From: an uncultured Candidatus Saccharibacteria bacterium
GTDB taxonomy: Bacteria > Patescibacteriota > Minisyncoccia > Phycocordibacterales > UBA5272
Assembly: GCA_964455195.1 (NCBI GenBank)
Contig: CAYVUY010000001.1
Span: 3,642-67,641 of the forward strand
Direction: 5' to 3'
DNA length: 64,000 nt
Shown here: piece after piece, positions 38,946-48,642 of the stretch
How the letters are laid out: every line of letters begins with the position of its first letter
Position numbering within the stretch: the stretch's first letter is position 1
Translations under genes and position numbers: made by a program
The notes under the pieces: model-generated
Seen by the model: only the letters and a program-made list of their open reading frames with translations
What the model was told of the DNA's origin: nothing
Database searches by the model: none

Positions 38946-39674
38946 ATGACACCTTCGCTGCTAGAATTACTGACAGAATCGTTCACCGACATGACCCAGA
39001 ATGATGTGAGTATGCTCGTCATCGCGATACTTATCATCATCATTGCATCTTTGGTCACTGCGATGTTTTCTCCTCATGTTCGTAAGCTCCTCGTACGTCT
39101 TCGCTTATTAGAAAAAGATGAAACCCCTGGCTCACTACTTACTTGGGTAATAGGAATTATTATTGCAGTAAAAATCTTCCAAGCTTTTATTATTCAACCT
39201 TTTATTGTAGATGGAGCATCTATGCTTGCAACCTTCCATGATAAAGAATTCCTTCTTGTGGACAAAATAAGCTATATGATTCACCCCGCTTCACGTGGGG
39301 ACGTAGTTATTTTCAAACTCTATGAAAATATTGGTGGTGAATACGGGGGAAGATATCTTATTAAACGCATCATTGGTCTTCCTGGTGAACACGTAGTAGT
39401 AAAAGATGGTGTTACAACTATCTACAATGATGCTCATAAAGATGGTTTTATTGTAGATGAATCATTCGTTACGTATAAAGATCCAAAACATGATGCTGAT
39501 GTAGAGCTTGGCAAAGATCAATATTTCGTCATGGGTGATAATCGAAGCGTAAGTTATGATAGCCGCTTCTGGGGAGCATTACCTTCATCTCAATTACGTG
39601 GCCGGGCCCTTGTGCGATTACTACCATTTGGAGTATTCTCAATATATCCAGGAAGTTACAGTTACGATAAATAA
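38946..39674 (+). CDS. lepB: Signal peptidase I
   Basis: GASM (Ser), LIKRIIGLPG (Lys), MGDNRSVSYDSRFWG. Confidence 0.95.
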   Translation: MTPSLLELLTESFTDMTQNDVSMLVIAILIIIIASLVTAMFSPHVRKLLVRLRLLEKDETPGSLLTWVIGIIIAVKIFQAFIIQPFIVDGASMLATFHDKEFLLVDKISYMIHPASRGDVVIFKLYENIGGEYGGRYLIKRIIGLPGEHVVVKDGVTTIYNDAHKDGFIVDESFVTYKDPKHDADVELGKDQYFVMGDNRSVSYDSRFWGALPSSQLRGRALVRLLPFGVFSIYPGSYSYDK

Positions 39675-39698
39675 AAAATAAATTTTAATATTCAAGTT

Positions 39699-41006
39699 AT
39701 GAGTCAACCAGATAAAAATACAAAGAAAGAAGTTCCAACATCACTTAAAGGAATGTTCGATCTTATAGGTGATGAATATTACCGCTACCAAGGACTTTTC
39801 GAAAAGGCTCAGGAAGTTGCTGTGTACTACGGATTCAAACCTATTGAAACTCCAATTCTTGAAAAGGAAGATGTGTTCATTTCCGCTATTGGTGAAGGAA
39901 CTGATGTTGTCGATAAAGAAATGTATGCATTTAGCTCCAAAGGACGTGATCGTTTAGCGCTTCGCCCAGAATATACTGCATCTGTCATGCGTGCATATCT
40001 AGAACATGGCATGCAAACACTTCCTCAGCCAGTACTTCTTTACTCATATGGACAACTTTTCCGCCACGAAAACCCACAGCGAGGGCGCCTTCGCCAATTA
40101 CGACAATTCAATATTGAAATTCTAGGAACAACCAAGAGTATCGCTGATGCTCTTGTGATTAGAACACTGATGACTATTTTGGAAGAGTTTGGTTTCGAAG
40201 ATTTAATGATTGATATTAATAGCATGGGAGATAAAGAAACTCGACCAGCATATATAAAAGAACTAACCAACTACTATAAGAAACACATTGGTTCAATGTG
40301 TAAAAACTGCCAAGAAAGAATTAAAGTTAATCCTCTACGCCTCCTTGATTGTAAAGAAGTAGAGTGTCAACCATTTAAAGAAGCAGCTCCAACATCGCTT
40401 TCATTCTTATCATCTGATGCACGTCATCACTTCAAAGAAGTACTTCAATACCTAGAAGAAATGGGTATTCCGTATCGTATGAATCACACACTTGTACGCG
40501 GACTTTCATATTATTCTCGTACTGTGTTTGAAGTAATTAAAATTGATAAAGATGAGAATGGTAATGAAAAAGAAATAACCATTACTGGTGGTGGTCGCTA
40601 TGATTATCTCGCGAAAGATATGGGTTCTAAGAAAGATGTCCCTGCTGTAGGTACAGCGCTTGGTATTGATCGTATTCTCATGTTCCCTGAATGTAAGAAA
40701 TTGATGCCACGCATAATGAAAACACCTAAAGTGTATTTCATACAACTTGGGTTCGAGGCCAAACTAAAGAGTCTCTGTGTTATCGAAGTGCTTCGCAAAG
40801 CAAAGATTCCAGTTCACCAATCAATTTCAAAAGACTCACTCTCGATACAGCTAGCACTTGCTGAAAAAATGGAGGTACCATACTGCATCATCTTCGGACA
40901 AAAAGAAGCGATGGATAATACAGTAATAGTACGCGACATGAAAACTCACTCTCAAGACACTGTAAAAATCGACGCACTCTCTGATTACATCAAGCATTTG
41001 AAATAA
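39699..41006 (+). CDS. hisS: Histidine--tRNA ligase
   Basis: LRPEYTA, FRHENPQRGR, LVRGLSYY, GGGRYD. Confidence 0.97.
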   Translation: MSQPDKNTKKEVPTSLKGMFDLIGDEYYRYQGLFEKAQEVAVYYGFKPIETPILEKEDVFISAIGEGTDVVDKEMYAFSSKGRDRLALRPEYTASVMRAYLEHGMQTLPQPVLLYSYGQLFRHENPQRGRLRQLRQFNIEILGTTKSIADALVIRTLMTILEEFGFEDLMIDINSMGDKETRPAYIKELTNYYKKHIGSMCKNCQERIKVNPLRLLDCKEVECQPFKEAAPTSLSFLSSDARHHFKEVLQYLEEMGIPYRMNHTLVRGLSYYSRTVFEVIKIDKDENGNEKEITITGGGRYDYLAKDMGSKKDVPAVGTALGIDRILMFPECKKLMPRIMKTPKVYFIQLGFEAKLKSLCVIEVLRKAKIPVHQSISKDSLSIQLALAEKMEVPYCIIFGQKEAMDNTVIVRDMKTHSQDTVKIDALSDYIKHLK

Positions 41007-41052
41007 AATTAAAAAACCGATACCTCAAGGTATCGGTTTTTTAATTTTATTT
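41001..41052. terminator. Intrinsic terminator
   Basis: aaataaaattaaaaaaccgatacct-ca-aggtatcggttttttaattttattt. Confidence 0.85.
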
Positions 41053-41164
41053 CACTTCGATTTTCCACATCCAGTGGAAAGTCGAAGTTTAGTCACTAAA
41101 TGACACGACGGTCACTTTAGGTGTATAATCCAATTGAACAAATAACCAATCGGGGGTAGTTGCT

Positions 41165-41626
41165 ATGAGCACTGTGCACACTGTGAAGAGCTTTACCCAA
41201 TCTTTGGTTGGGTCGACATGCCTTGTCTACTGGCTTCAGCACTACGGCATCGGCGGGAGGCGATTCAAACATAACATCGGAATTGGAGTTATCACAAAAA
41301 TAGATACGAAGACTGTTTCGTTTGCTTTTCTTCTCACTCGAACGCGGGACTTTAATGACGGAACATTTTCGGCAATGACCCAAACGCGTGGGAATGATGC
41401 TGAGCGTATCATGATTTTGAAAAAGCATCCGACGCGCAAGCAATACGGCCAGAACGTCTCCTACCGGTACATTATAGATTGCCACCTGATTACGGAAGAC
41501 GAGGAGGCTCTCAAGGCTACCCTACTTGCGAACTTGAGCTGGGTAGGCAGAAAAGAAATTGCAGAGATTGTCAGGCTTTTACCGAAACTTCACGAAGATT
41601 GTGCGAAGTACGCAAAAAGTCTGTAA
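41165..41626 (+). CDS. Hypothetical protein (SD-led orphan)
   Basis: GGGGGT before ATG, upstream TATAAT, downstream hairpin gcggcactca...tgagtgccgc. Confidence 0.65.
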   Translation: MSTVHTVKSFTQSLVGSTCLVYWLQHYGIGGRRFKHNIGIGVITKIDTKTVSFAFLLTRTRDFNDGTFSAMTQTRGNDAERIMILKKHPTRKQYGQNVSYRYIIDCHLITEDEEALKATLLANLSWVGRKEIAEIVRLLPKLHEDCAKYAKSL

Positions 41627-41740
41627 CTGGAAGCGCCTGCCATCGCGGCACTCAATAACCCTGAGTGCCGCGTTTTTTCATCCTGTTTTCCTTACCGACC
41701 TTGTATATTTTGTAAATATATAGTAGAATTGTGCCTACAT

Positions 41741-41986
41741 ATGTCAAACATTAACGTAGAAGTAAAGAAGACCCAAACTGAGAACATTCAAGGTCTTATT
41801 CGTCGCTTCCAAAAAAGAGTTCAAGAATCAGGAGTTCTCCCACGAGTACGTAGTATTCGTTACAACGATCGCCCTCTTTCTACTCTAAAAACCAAGCGCG
41901 CTAAGCTCAAAAAGATTGCCAACACTCTAAAGTACGAAAAAGCAAAGAAAATGGGTAAGGTTATCGAAAAGAAGAAACGCAGATAA
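41741..41986 (+). CDS. rpsU: 30S ribosomal protein S21
   Basis: VEVKK..ENIQGLIRRFQKRVQESG, basic C-terminus. Confidence 0.85.
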   Translation: MSNINVEVKKTQTENIQGLIRRFQKRVQESGVLPRVRSIRYNDRPLSTLKTKRAKLKKIANTLKYEKAKKMGKVIEKKKRR

Positions 41987-41988
41987 TT

Positions 41989-42417
41989 ATGTCTATAAGT
42001 GAGCAAAAAAATCTCACGGTTATCAGGAAAAATGGTACGCTCCCGAGTGTGCCATTTCTTGCTATTAAGGAAAAGATTCTTGGCAAGCGTTATGCTCTCA
42101 CTATTATTTTTTGTACTCCGAAAGAATCAAAAGAAAAAAACAAAGCCTATCGTGGTAAGGATTATCCAACGAACATTCTCTCTTTCCCCTTATCAGAAAC
42201 TGAAGGAGAAATGTACATTTCACTTTCTACAGCAAGAAAAGATGCTAAGAACTTCGAGATGACACACTTAGAATTCCTTCATTTACTTATTGTTCATGGA
42301 GCACTTCATTTGAAAGGATACGACCATGGTAGTACAATGGAAGGATTGGAAGATACTTACCTTTCACATTTTTATACACGTGGCAAAAATAAAAGAACAA
42401 ATACTCATAGGGGTTGA
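41989..42417 (+). CDS. ybeY: rRNA maturation endoribonuclease YbeY
   Basis: YRGKDYPTNILSF, HGALHLKGYDH. Confidence 0.95.
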   Translation: MSISEQKNLTVIRKNGTLPSVPFLAIKEKILGKRYALTIIFCTPKESKEKNKAYRGKDYPTNILSFPLSETEGEMYISLSTARKDAKNFEMTHLEFLHLLIVHGALHLKGYDHGSTMEGLEDTYLSHFYTRGKNKRTNTHRG

Positions 42418-43549
42418 TATCGGTAGCACATGGATTCGTGGTGTTGTTACACGACAAATGTCTAACGAGCGCTACAAAGAAGTAATCGCCACATATAAAC
42501 TCCCTCTTGAAGGAGTAGACAAAGGTAACGTTACTGATCCTATACTCGTAGCTGAAACATTTCGTGAACTAATACACACACTAGAAAAAGGTGGTGGTGA
42601 AAATCCAGATGGTATAGTTGTTTCTCTTGGTGGGTCTCATATTCATTCGACACATTCAAATGGTCATACCCTGATCTCACGAGGAGATGGGAGTGTATCT
42701 GATATAGATATTGAGAAAGCGCTTAAAGATGCAGAAAAAAGTGTCTTTGATGTGAAAAACAAAATGATTCTTCACACCATCCCTCTTCGTTTCAAGTTAG
42801 ATGGCCAAGAAGTAAGTGGTAATATCATGGGACTTCATGGACACAAGCTAGAAGTGAAAGCTCTCTTTATCACCTACCCTAAGCAATACTTCGCAACCTT
42901 ACAAAACGCTCTTGAGAAAACAAACCTAGAAATCAGCGATGTGATTGCTGGCCCTATAGCAGAAAGTGTCTGTCTTTTAAGTAGAAAGCAGAAAATGGCA
43001 GGAACTGCAGTCATTAACATAGGAAGTGACACCACTTCACTTCTTGTCTATGAGAACAACCTCCCTCTTGTTGTGTCTGTACTTCCGGTTGGTGGTAATG
43101 ACATTACCAAAGACATCGCTCTTGGACTTAAAATTTCACTTGAAGAGGCTGAGGATATCAAATGTGGTAACACCACACTTATGTATTCGAAACGCCGAGT
43201 AGATGAAATCATTGAAGCACGTATCGAAGATATTTGTGAAAAAATAAATAGAGAGCTTGATAGAATTCATAGACGAGAATTACTCCCTGCTGGAGTAGTA
43301 GTGCTCGGAGATGCAACATTAATTCCTCGTATTGATTACACGATGAGATACACAATGAAGCTTCCAATAAAAATAGCAAATAATGAATTAGTTCCGATAA
43401 GTAATGGAACACTTACTGATTCTTCGTGGGCTAGATGTTACGGGCTTACATTCTTAGCTCCAGAAATTAAAGAACATGTTATTTTGGGAGCTTTTTTCAA
43501 GAGATTAACAACAACACTTAAGCGATTTTTTGTCCAATTTTTGCCATAA
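42380..43549 (+). CDS. ftsA: Cell division protein FtsA
   Basis: GVDIGS, INIGSDTT, VGGNDITKDI, AEDIK; directly upstream of ftsZ; GTG start. Confidence 0.93.
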   Translation: MAKIKEQILIGVDIGSTWIRGVVTRQMSNERYKEVIATYKLPLEGVDKGNVTDPILVAETFRELIHTLEKGGGENPDGIVVSLGGSHIHSTHSNGHTLISRGDGSVSDIDIEKALKDAEKSVFDVKNKMILHTIPLRFKLDGQEVSGNIMGLHGHKLEVKALFITYPKQYFATLQNALEKTNLEISDVIAGPIAESVCLLSRKQKMAGTAVINIGSDTTSLLVYENNLPLVVSVLPVGGNDITKDIALGLKISLEEAEDIKCGNTTLMYSKRRVDEIIEARIEDICEKINRELDRIHRRELLPAGVVVLGDATLIPRIDYTMRYTMKLPIKIANNELVPISNGTLTDSSWARCYGLTFLAPEIKEHVILGAFFKRLTTTLKRFFVQFLP

Positions 43550-43649
43550 TCATTCCTAAAAACCCTTACTTTGCAAGCTTTTTTAATAGTTGGCAAAGAT
43601 TTTTTTATTTTGTTATAGTAAGTACATTATTAACTTCAAAGAACCCCAC

Positions 43650-44909
43650 ATGGCAAAAGTAAACCCAGAAATTGAAAGCTTCGCACGTATTAAAGTAATC
43701 GGTATAGGAGGATCAGGAAAAGGAGCACTGAACCACATGATCAACTCTAAGTTAACAGGTGTTGAGTTCATTGCGATGAACACTGATACCCAAGACTTAC
43801 ATCATTCTCTCGCTGAGAAAAAAATTCACATTGGTAAAAATCTTACCAAAGGTCTCGGTGCGGGTATGGATCCAGAAGTGGGAAAGCGTTCTGCTGAAGA
43901 AACTCGTGAAGAAATTCAAGATGTAATCAAAGGTGCGGATATGGTATTCATCGCCGGGGGTATGGGAGGAGGAACAGGAACAGGTGCTGCTCCAGTAGTA
44001 GCATCTATCGCTAAGAATGAGGGGATACTTACAATAGGAGTAGTTACTAAGCCATTTTTCTTTGAAGGAATGCAACGCATGAAGTTAGCGGAGCAAGGAC
44101 TAGAAGAACTTGAAAAAGAAGTAGACGCACTTATCGTCATCCCTAACGACCGTCTTCTTTCTGTAATTGATAAAAGCACTACAGTAAAGCAAGCCTTTGA
44201 AATGTGTGATGAGGTTTTGAAACAAGCTGTAGAAGGAATTTCAGATATTATTCGTACCGCAGGAACGATTAACCTCGACTTTGCTGATATTAAGAGAATT
44301 CTTAAAGATTCTGGAACAGCGCTTATGGGTGTAGGACGTGGAGCTGGTGAGAACCGTGCTCGTGAAGCAGCCTCAGCAGCTATTAATTCACCATTACTTG
44401 ATGTATCTATACATGGAGCTAAGGGAGTACTGTTCGCTATTTATGGAGCAGATGATCTTGGAATGTTAGAAGTACAAGAAGCTGCGAAGATAATTACTGA
44501 ATCAGTAGACAAGGATGCGAAGGTAATCTTCGGTATCGCACAAGATGCAACTCTTAAGAAGGACGAGGTAAAGGTTACCGTGATTGCTACTGGGTTCCCT
44601 TCAGCATTCTCTAACCGTTCACTTCCAACATTATCACTTGATGAAGACCCTCGCCCTAAAGCAGAGAAAAAGGAAGAATCAATCTTCGGAGACATGCTAC
44701 GTGGTAAGGATTCAAAAGAAACTGTAGCTAAGGAGGAAAAATCTGATTCTCGTATCGAAAACACTATCGAGGATAAGAAGGAAGAAGTAAAAGAAAAAGA
44801 AACCAAAAAGGGAAAAGATGATGATAAGAAATCCCCTTTCAAGTTTGAAGATGAGGATGAAAGTGATGACTGGGATGCTCTCCCACCATTCCTTCGCCGT
44901 AAGAAGTAA
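43650..44909 (+). CDS. ftsZ: Cell division protein FtsZ
   Basis: GMGGGTGTG, INLDFADI, C-terminal LPPFLRRKK. Confidence 0.98.
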   Translation: MAKVNPEIESFARIKVIGIGGSGKGALNHMINSKLTGVEFIAMNTDTQDLHHSLAEKKIHIGKNLTKGLGAGMDPEVGKRSAEETREEIQDVIKGADMVFIAGGMGGGTGTGAAPVVASIAKNEGILTIGVVTKPFFFEGMQRMKLAEQGLEELEKEVDALIVIPNDRLLSVIDKSTTVKQAFEMCDEVLKQAVEGISDIIRTAGTINLDFADIKRILKDSGTALMGVGRGAGENRAREAASAAINSPLLDVSIHGAKGVLFAIYGADDLGMLEVQEAAKIITESVDKDAKVIFGIAQDATLKKDEVKVTVIATGFPSAFSNRSLPTLSLDEDPRPKAEKKEESIFGDMLRGKDSKETVAKEEKSDSRIENTIEDKKEEVKEKETKKGKDDDKKSPFKFEDEDESDDWDALPPFLRRKK

Positions 44910-44968
44910 TTAAAAACTAGAAAAGCAAAATCCCGCCTAAGCGGGATTTTATGTACCAATAAGTTTGA

Positions 44969-45265
44969 CTACTGTCCAAAATATCCGGTACGAACACTGC
45001 GGGACCCACTGACACTGTATGAATCAACCGCTGATCCAAATGCCTGTGGAGCCTCATCGTACTTCATTGAAACCTGACCGCGTAGCAGCATTCTTCGCCT
45101 TGCAAAATCGGTCTCAGGTGGCGCATTCCTAGGAACTGTAGGAAGATGAGTCGCGCAAATCAGCGCGACTAGTGCCTGTACCGCATCTCTTAACTGCTTT
45201 TGCCCTGCGTCGTCATTTTCATTTGCATCCGGTTCTACATGACTGCCATTCGTCACTGTGTTCAT
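44969..45265 (-). CDS. Hypothetical protein (SD-led orphan)
   Basis: GAGGGG before ATG (MNTVTNG); converges on the ftsZ terminator. Confidence 0.55.
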   Translation of the reverse strand: MNTVTNGSHVEPDANENDDAGQKQLRDAVQALVALICATHLPTVPRNAPPETDFARRRMLLRGQVSMKYDEAPQAFGSAVDSYSVSGSRSVRTGYFGQ

Positions 45266-45431
45266 GTGTCGACCCCTCAACTAGGTTAATTGATTGTTAC
45301 TTCCATAAGCATTTTAACAATTTAAATGGTTTAAGACAAAACAAGAATCTTAGACGTAACTCTTTATAAAATCTCACTGTCATCCGATTTTATTATTTTC
45401 ATGTAAATGAGCTATGGTATACTGACATCCT

Positions 45432-46358
45432 ATGAACACTCTTTACGACCTTATTATTATCGGTGGTGGACCAGCAGGTACAGCAGCTGCCGTGTACGCA
45501 GCGAGAAAGCAACTTAAAACTGCTCTAATTCTTAAAGAGTGGGGTGGGCAATCTACTGTATCAGACGATATTCAGAACTGGATAGGAACACCACATATAA
45601 GTGGCGCCAAACTTGCAGAATCCCTCAAGGCTCACGTGGAAGAGTACAAAGGTGAGTACTTAGATATTATTGATGGTTCACTTGCTACAAACATTATTGG
45701 GGAAGCTGGTGACTTCACTGTGACGCTCGAAAATAGCCTTACTCATAAGACCAAAACAGTTCTTATTTCTACTGGTTCATCTCGTCGTAAACTAGATATT
45801 CCAGGTGCTAATGAATTTGAAAATAAAGGTATCACCTATTGTGCTTCATGTGACGGACCACTCTTTGGAGGAATGGACGTTGTTGTTGTGGGTGGTGGGA
45901 ATGCAGGTTTTGAATCCGCTGCGCAATTGCTCGCTTACTGTAAGTCAGTCACACTACTATCTCGTAGCGAACCAAGAGCAGATGAGATTACTGTGAAAAA
46001 GTTACTCACTAGACCGAACTTTAAACTTATTAAAAATGTAGCACCGAAAAGTATACAAGGTTCTGTATTCGTAGAATCAATTACGTATACTGACACAGTC
46101 ACAAATACTGATACCACACTACCGGTATCTGCGGTGTTCGTAGAAATTGGCCAAATACCTGCTACCTCTTTCGCAAAAGACTTGGTAAAAGTAAATGAAA
46201 TAGGAAACATAATTATCGATCCTCGTACGCAAGAAACTAGTGTAGAAGGTATCTGGGCAGCAGGAGACTGTACCGATGTCCTCTATCATCAGAACAATAT
46301 CGCAGCAGGTGACGCAGTACGAGCACTTGAAGATATTTATCTTCATATACACGCATAG
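45432..46358 (+). CDS. Thioredoxin-reductase/AhpF-like FAD-dependent disulfide reductase
   Basis: GGGPAG, YCASCDG, GGGNAG, AAGD. Confidence 0.92.
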   Translation: MNTLYDLIIIGGGPAGTAAAVYAARKQLKTALILKEWGGQSTVSDDIQNWIGTPHISGAKLAESLKAHVEEYKGEYLDIIDGSLATNIIGEAGDFTVTLENSLTHKTKTVLISTGSSRRKLDIPGANEFENKGITYCASCDGPLFGGMDVVVVGGGNAGFESAAQLLAYCKSVTLLSRSEPRADEITVKKLLTRPNFKLIKNVAPKSIQGSVFVESITYTDTVTNTDTTLPVSAVFVEIGQIPATSFAKDLVKVNEIGNIIIDPRTQETSVEGIWAAGDCTDVLYHQNNIAAGDAVRALEDIYLHIHA

Positions 46359-46470
46359 AAAAAGCACTGCCTGCGGCAGTGCTTTTTCTTTATCATATAT
46401 ACATTATAACATACATAACCCTCACGAAACAAGACTATTCTTTTCTCGTCAACAGTGTTACGCTATACCC

Positions 46471-48213
46471 ATGCAAAAATACGTATCAACAATACTTAGA
46501 CTTTGGAAATTGCTCAAACCATTTCATAAAGATTTTTACATACAGCTCTCTTCAACCATCGTTCAGCAAGTTATTCAGGTTGGAATTACTTACATTTTTG
46601 CACGTACCTTAGATTCGCTAGTGACCAAAAATATACCGATTTTACTTTGGATAATTTTCCTGTATCCATTTTTAAATATTATTAAAAATAGAATTGGTTA
46701 CTACACAGATATTCACTCTATAAAAAGATTAGACAATGCTATTCAGCAATATCTAGAAGAATTCTCTTTTAAAAAAATCTTTAATTTAAATGTATCTCAA
46801 TTTAGAGAAGACCACTCTGCAATTAAACTACAAGTGATTAACCGCGGAGAATCTGCCGTGGAATCAATCGTCTCCACTATCGTACTTACTTTTTTACCTG
46901 CGGTAAGTCAGGTTATTTTGGCTCTTATCGCTATTTCTTTTTATTCAATAAGTGTTGCTCTTTGGTGTCTAGCGACTCTCACATTAGCAATCATATGGAG
47001 TAATCATTTTTCAAACTTTCATCGTCCGCTAATTAAAGAAAATATAGATAACTGGGATAAGCAACGTAAAATTCGCGCTGAGGCTTTTCAGCATTTGGCA
47101 CTTATTAAACTGCTATCTTCTGAAGTTCACTACATAAAAAAGTATCTTGCTAACAGATTCAAATATATAACGTTCAATATCAATGTGTGGAGTCTTGCTT
47201 CAAAACATGTTTTTAATCGTGGTCTTTTCCTTATTGTGAGTAGGACTGTCAGTTTTTTAATTATTATAGTGCTTTACTTAAAATCTCTCGTTAGTCTCGG
47301 AGCTGTATATGCTCTATGGTCTTGGATTAATGATATTTATGGAACAATACAAAGTATTGTTCAAACGTTACGACAAGTACCATTACGTTTTGTTGAACTT
47401 GATAAGTACTTAGACATCATTGACAAGGAGGCTTCATTTAAAGAAGAGGGGCCTTCATTATTTCAAGAAGGAGACATCGTATTTGACGATGTATCTTTCA
47501 AATACCCCCTTGGTCAAAATGATGTTATTAGTAACCTAAATATTACAATTCCTAAAGGAAAAACCATTGCTTTTGTAGGACATTCTGGATCTGGAAAATC
47601 TACTATTGTAAGTCTACTGCTGCGTATTTATGATTGGAACAGTGGAAACATAACTATCAATGGTATTAGTTTAAGAGAAATGAGTGCGAAAGATTTAAGA
47701 GAGCACATAGGATACGTAGAGCAACATGTTGATCTATTCGATGACACAATAAAAGAAAACATACTTCTTGGTGTTAAAAAAGAAGATTTAGAAAAGGCTG
47801 AAAGCAAGATAGAAACTATTGCTCATAAGGCCCGTATTGACCAGTTCTACCACCGTCTCGGGGAGCAAAAGTTTGATACGGTTATTGGTGAACGCGGTAT
47901 TAAACTTTCTGGTGGTGAACGCCAACGTGTAGGAATAGCACGAGCAATTATTAAAGATCCGGAAATATTAATCTTTGATGAAGCAACCTCTTCGCTTGAT
48001 TCCGAAAATGAAAAGTATGTAATGGATGCTATTAATGATGTATCGATTGGTAAAACAACTATCATCATTGCGCATAGATTATCAACAGTACGTAATGCGG
48101 ATAAGATAATTGTTATGGATAAAGGTAAGGTGGTAGGAGAAGGTACACACGAAGAACTAATGCAAAATTCCTCTCAATATAAAACCCTCGTTGAACATCA
48201 AGTGCTTAGTTAA
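46471..48213 (+). CDS. ABC exporter, fused permease/ATPase
   Basis: N-terminal TM domain, GHSGSGKS, LSGGERQR, FDEATS, IAHRLST. Confidence 0.93.
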   Translation: MQKYVSTILRLWKLLKPFHKDFYIQLSSTIVQQVIQVGITYIFARTLDSLVTKNIPILLWIIFLYPFLNIIKNRIGYYTDIHSIKRLDNAIQQYLEEFSFKKIFNLNVSQFREDHSAIKLQVINRGESAVESIVSTIVLTFLPAVSQVILALIAISFYSISVALWCLATLTLAIIWSNHFSNFHRPLIKENIDNWDKQRKIRAEAFQHLALIKLLSSEVHYIKKYLANRFKYITFNINVWSLASKHVFNRGLFLIVSRTVSFLIIIVLYLKSLVSLGAVYALWSWINDIYGTIQSIVQTLRQVPLRFVELDKYLDIIDKEASFKEEGPSLFQEGDIVFDDVSFKYPLGQNDVISNLNITIPKGKTIAFVGHSGSGKSTIVSLLLRIYDWNSGNITINGISLREMSAKDLREHIGYVEQHVDLFDDTIKENILLGVKKEDLEKAESKIETIAHKARIDQFYHRLGEQKFDTVIGERGIKLSGGERQRVGIARAIIKDPEILIFDEATSSLDSENEKYVMDAINDVSIGKTTIIIAHRLSTVRNADKIIVMDKGKVVGEGTHEELMQNSSQYKTLVEHQVLS

Positions 48214-48214
48214 A

Positions 48215-48553
48215 TTATTTCTTCTTTTTCGGAAGTGTTGCTACAGAAAGTGCCATATCGAACCATTCACTAAATTCATCTTTATTTTCTAAAACATCAC
48301 TTGGCATAAGAAAGTAATTCATATATTGTTTCTTTCCCTCTTTCATATACCAAAATTTTTTGGCTCCGTGTTCTAAGTACCACCCTTCAGTATTACTGCT
48401 ACCCTTAAAATACAGTTTCTCGTCATCGATAATAGCAAACACCTTACCATCCTTATATAGCGTATATCCTCCCATCATAGCTCTGTAGGTAATACCCTCC
48501 CCTTCACCAAAAACATCATATACAACATATTCCAAAAATGGTGTCGTTTTCAT
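48215..48553 (-). CDS. TfoX/Sxy N-terminal domain protein
   Basis: ITYRAMMGGYTLYKDGKVFAII...LYFK...F.Y...MNY. Confidence 0.85.
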   Translation of the reverse strand: MKTTPFLEYVVYDVFGEGEGITYRAMMGGYTLYKDGKVFAIIDDEKLYFKGSSNTEGWYLEHGAKKFWYMKEGKKQYMNYFLMPSDVLENKDEFSEWFDMALSVATLPKKKK

Positions 48554-48642
48554 TTATCTATTCTAGCAATTTTTGTAATGTATTTGTATTCTCACACTTT
48601 AAATGCTAAAAGCTACTAGCTTTTCCATGTATACTATTTACT

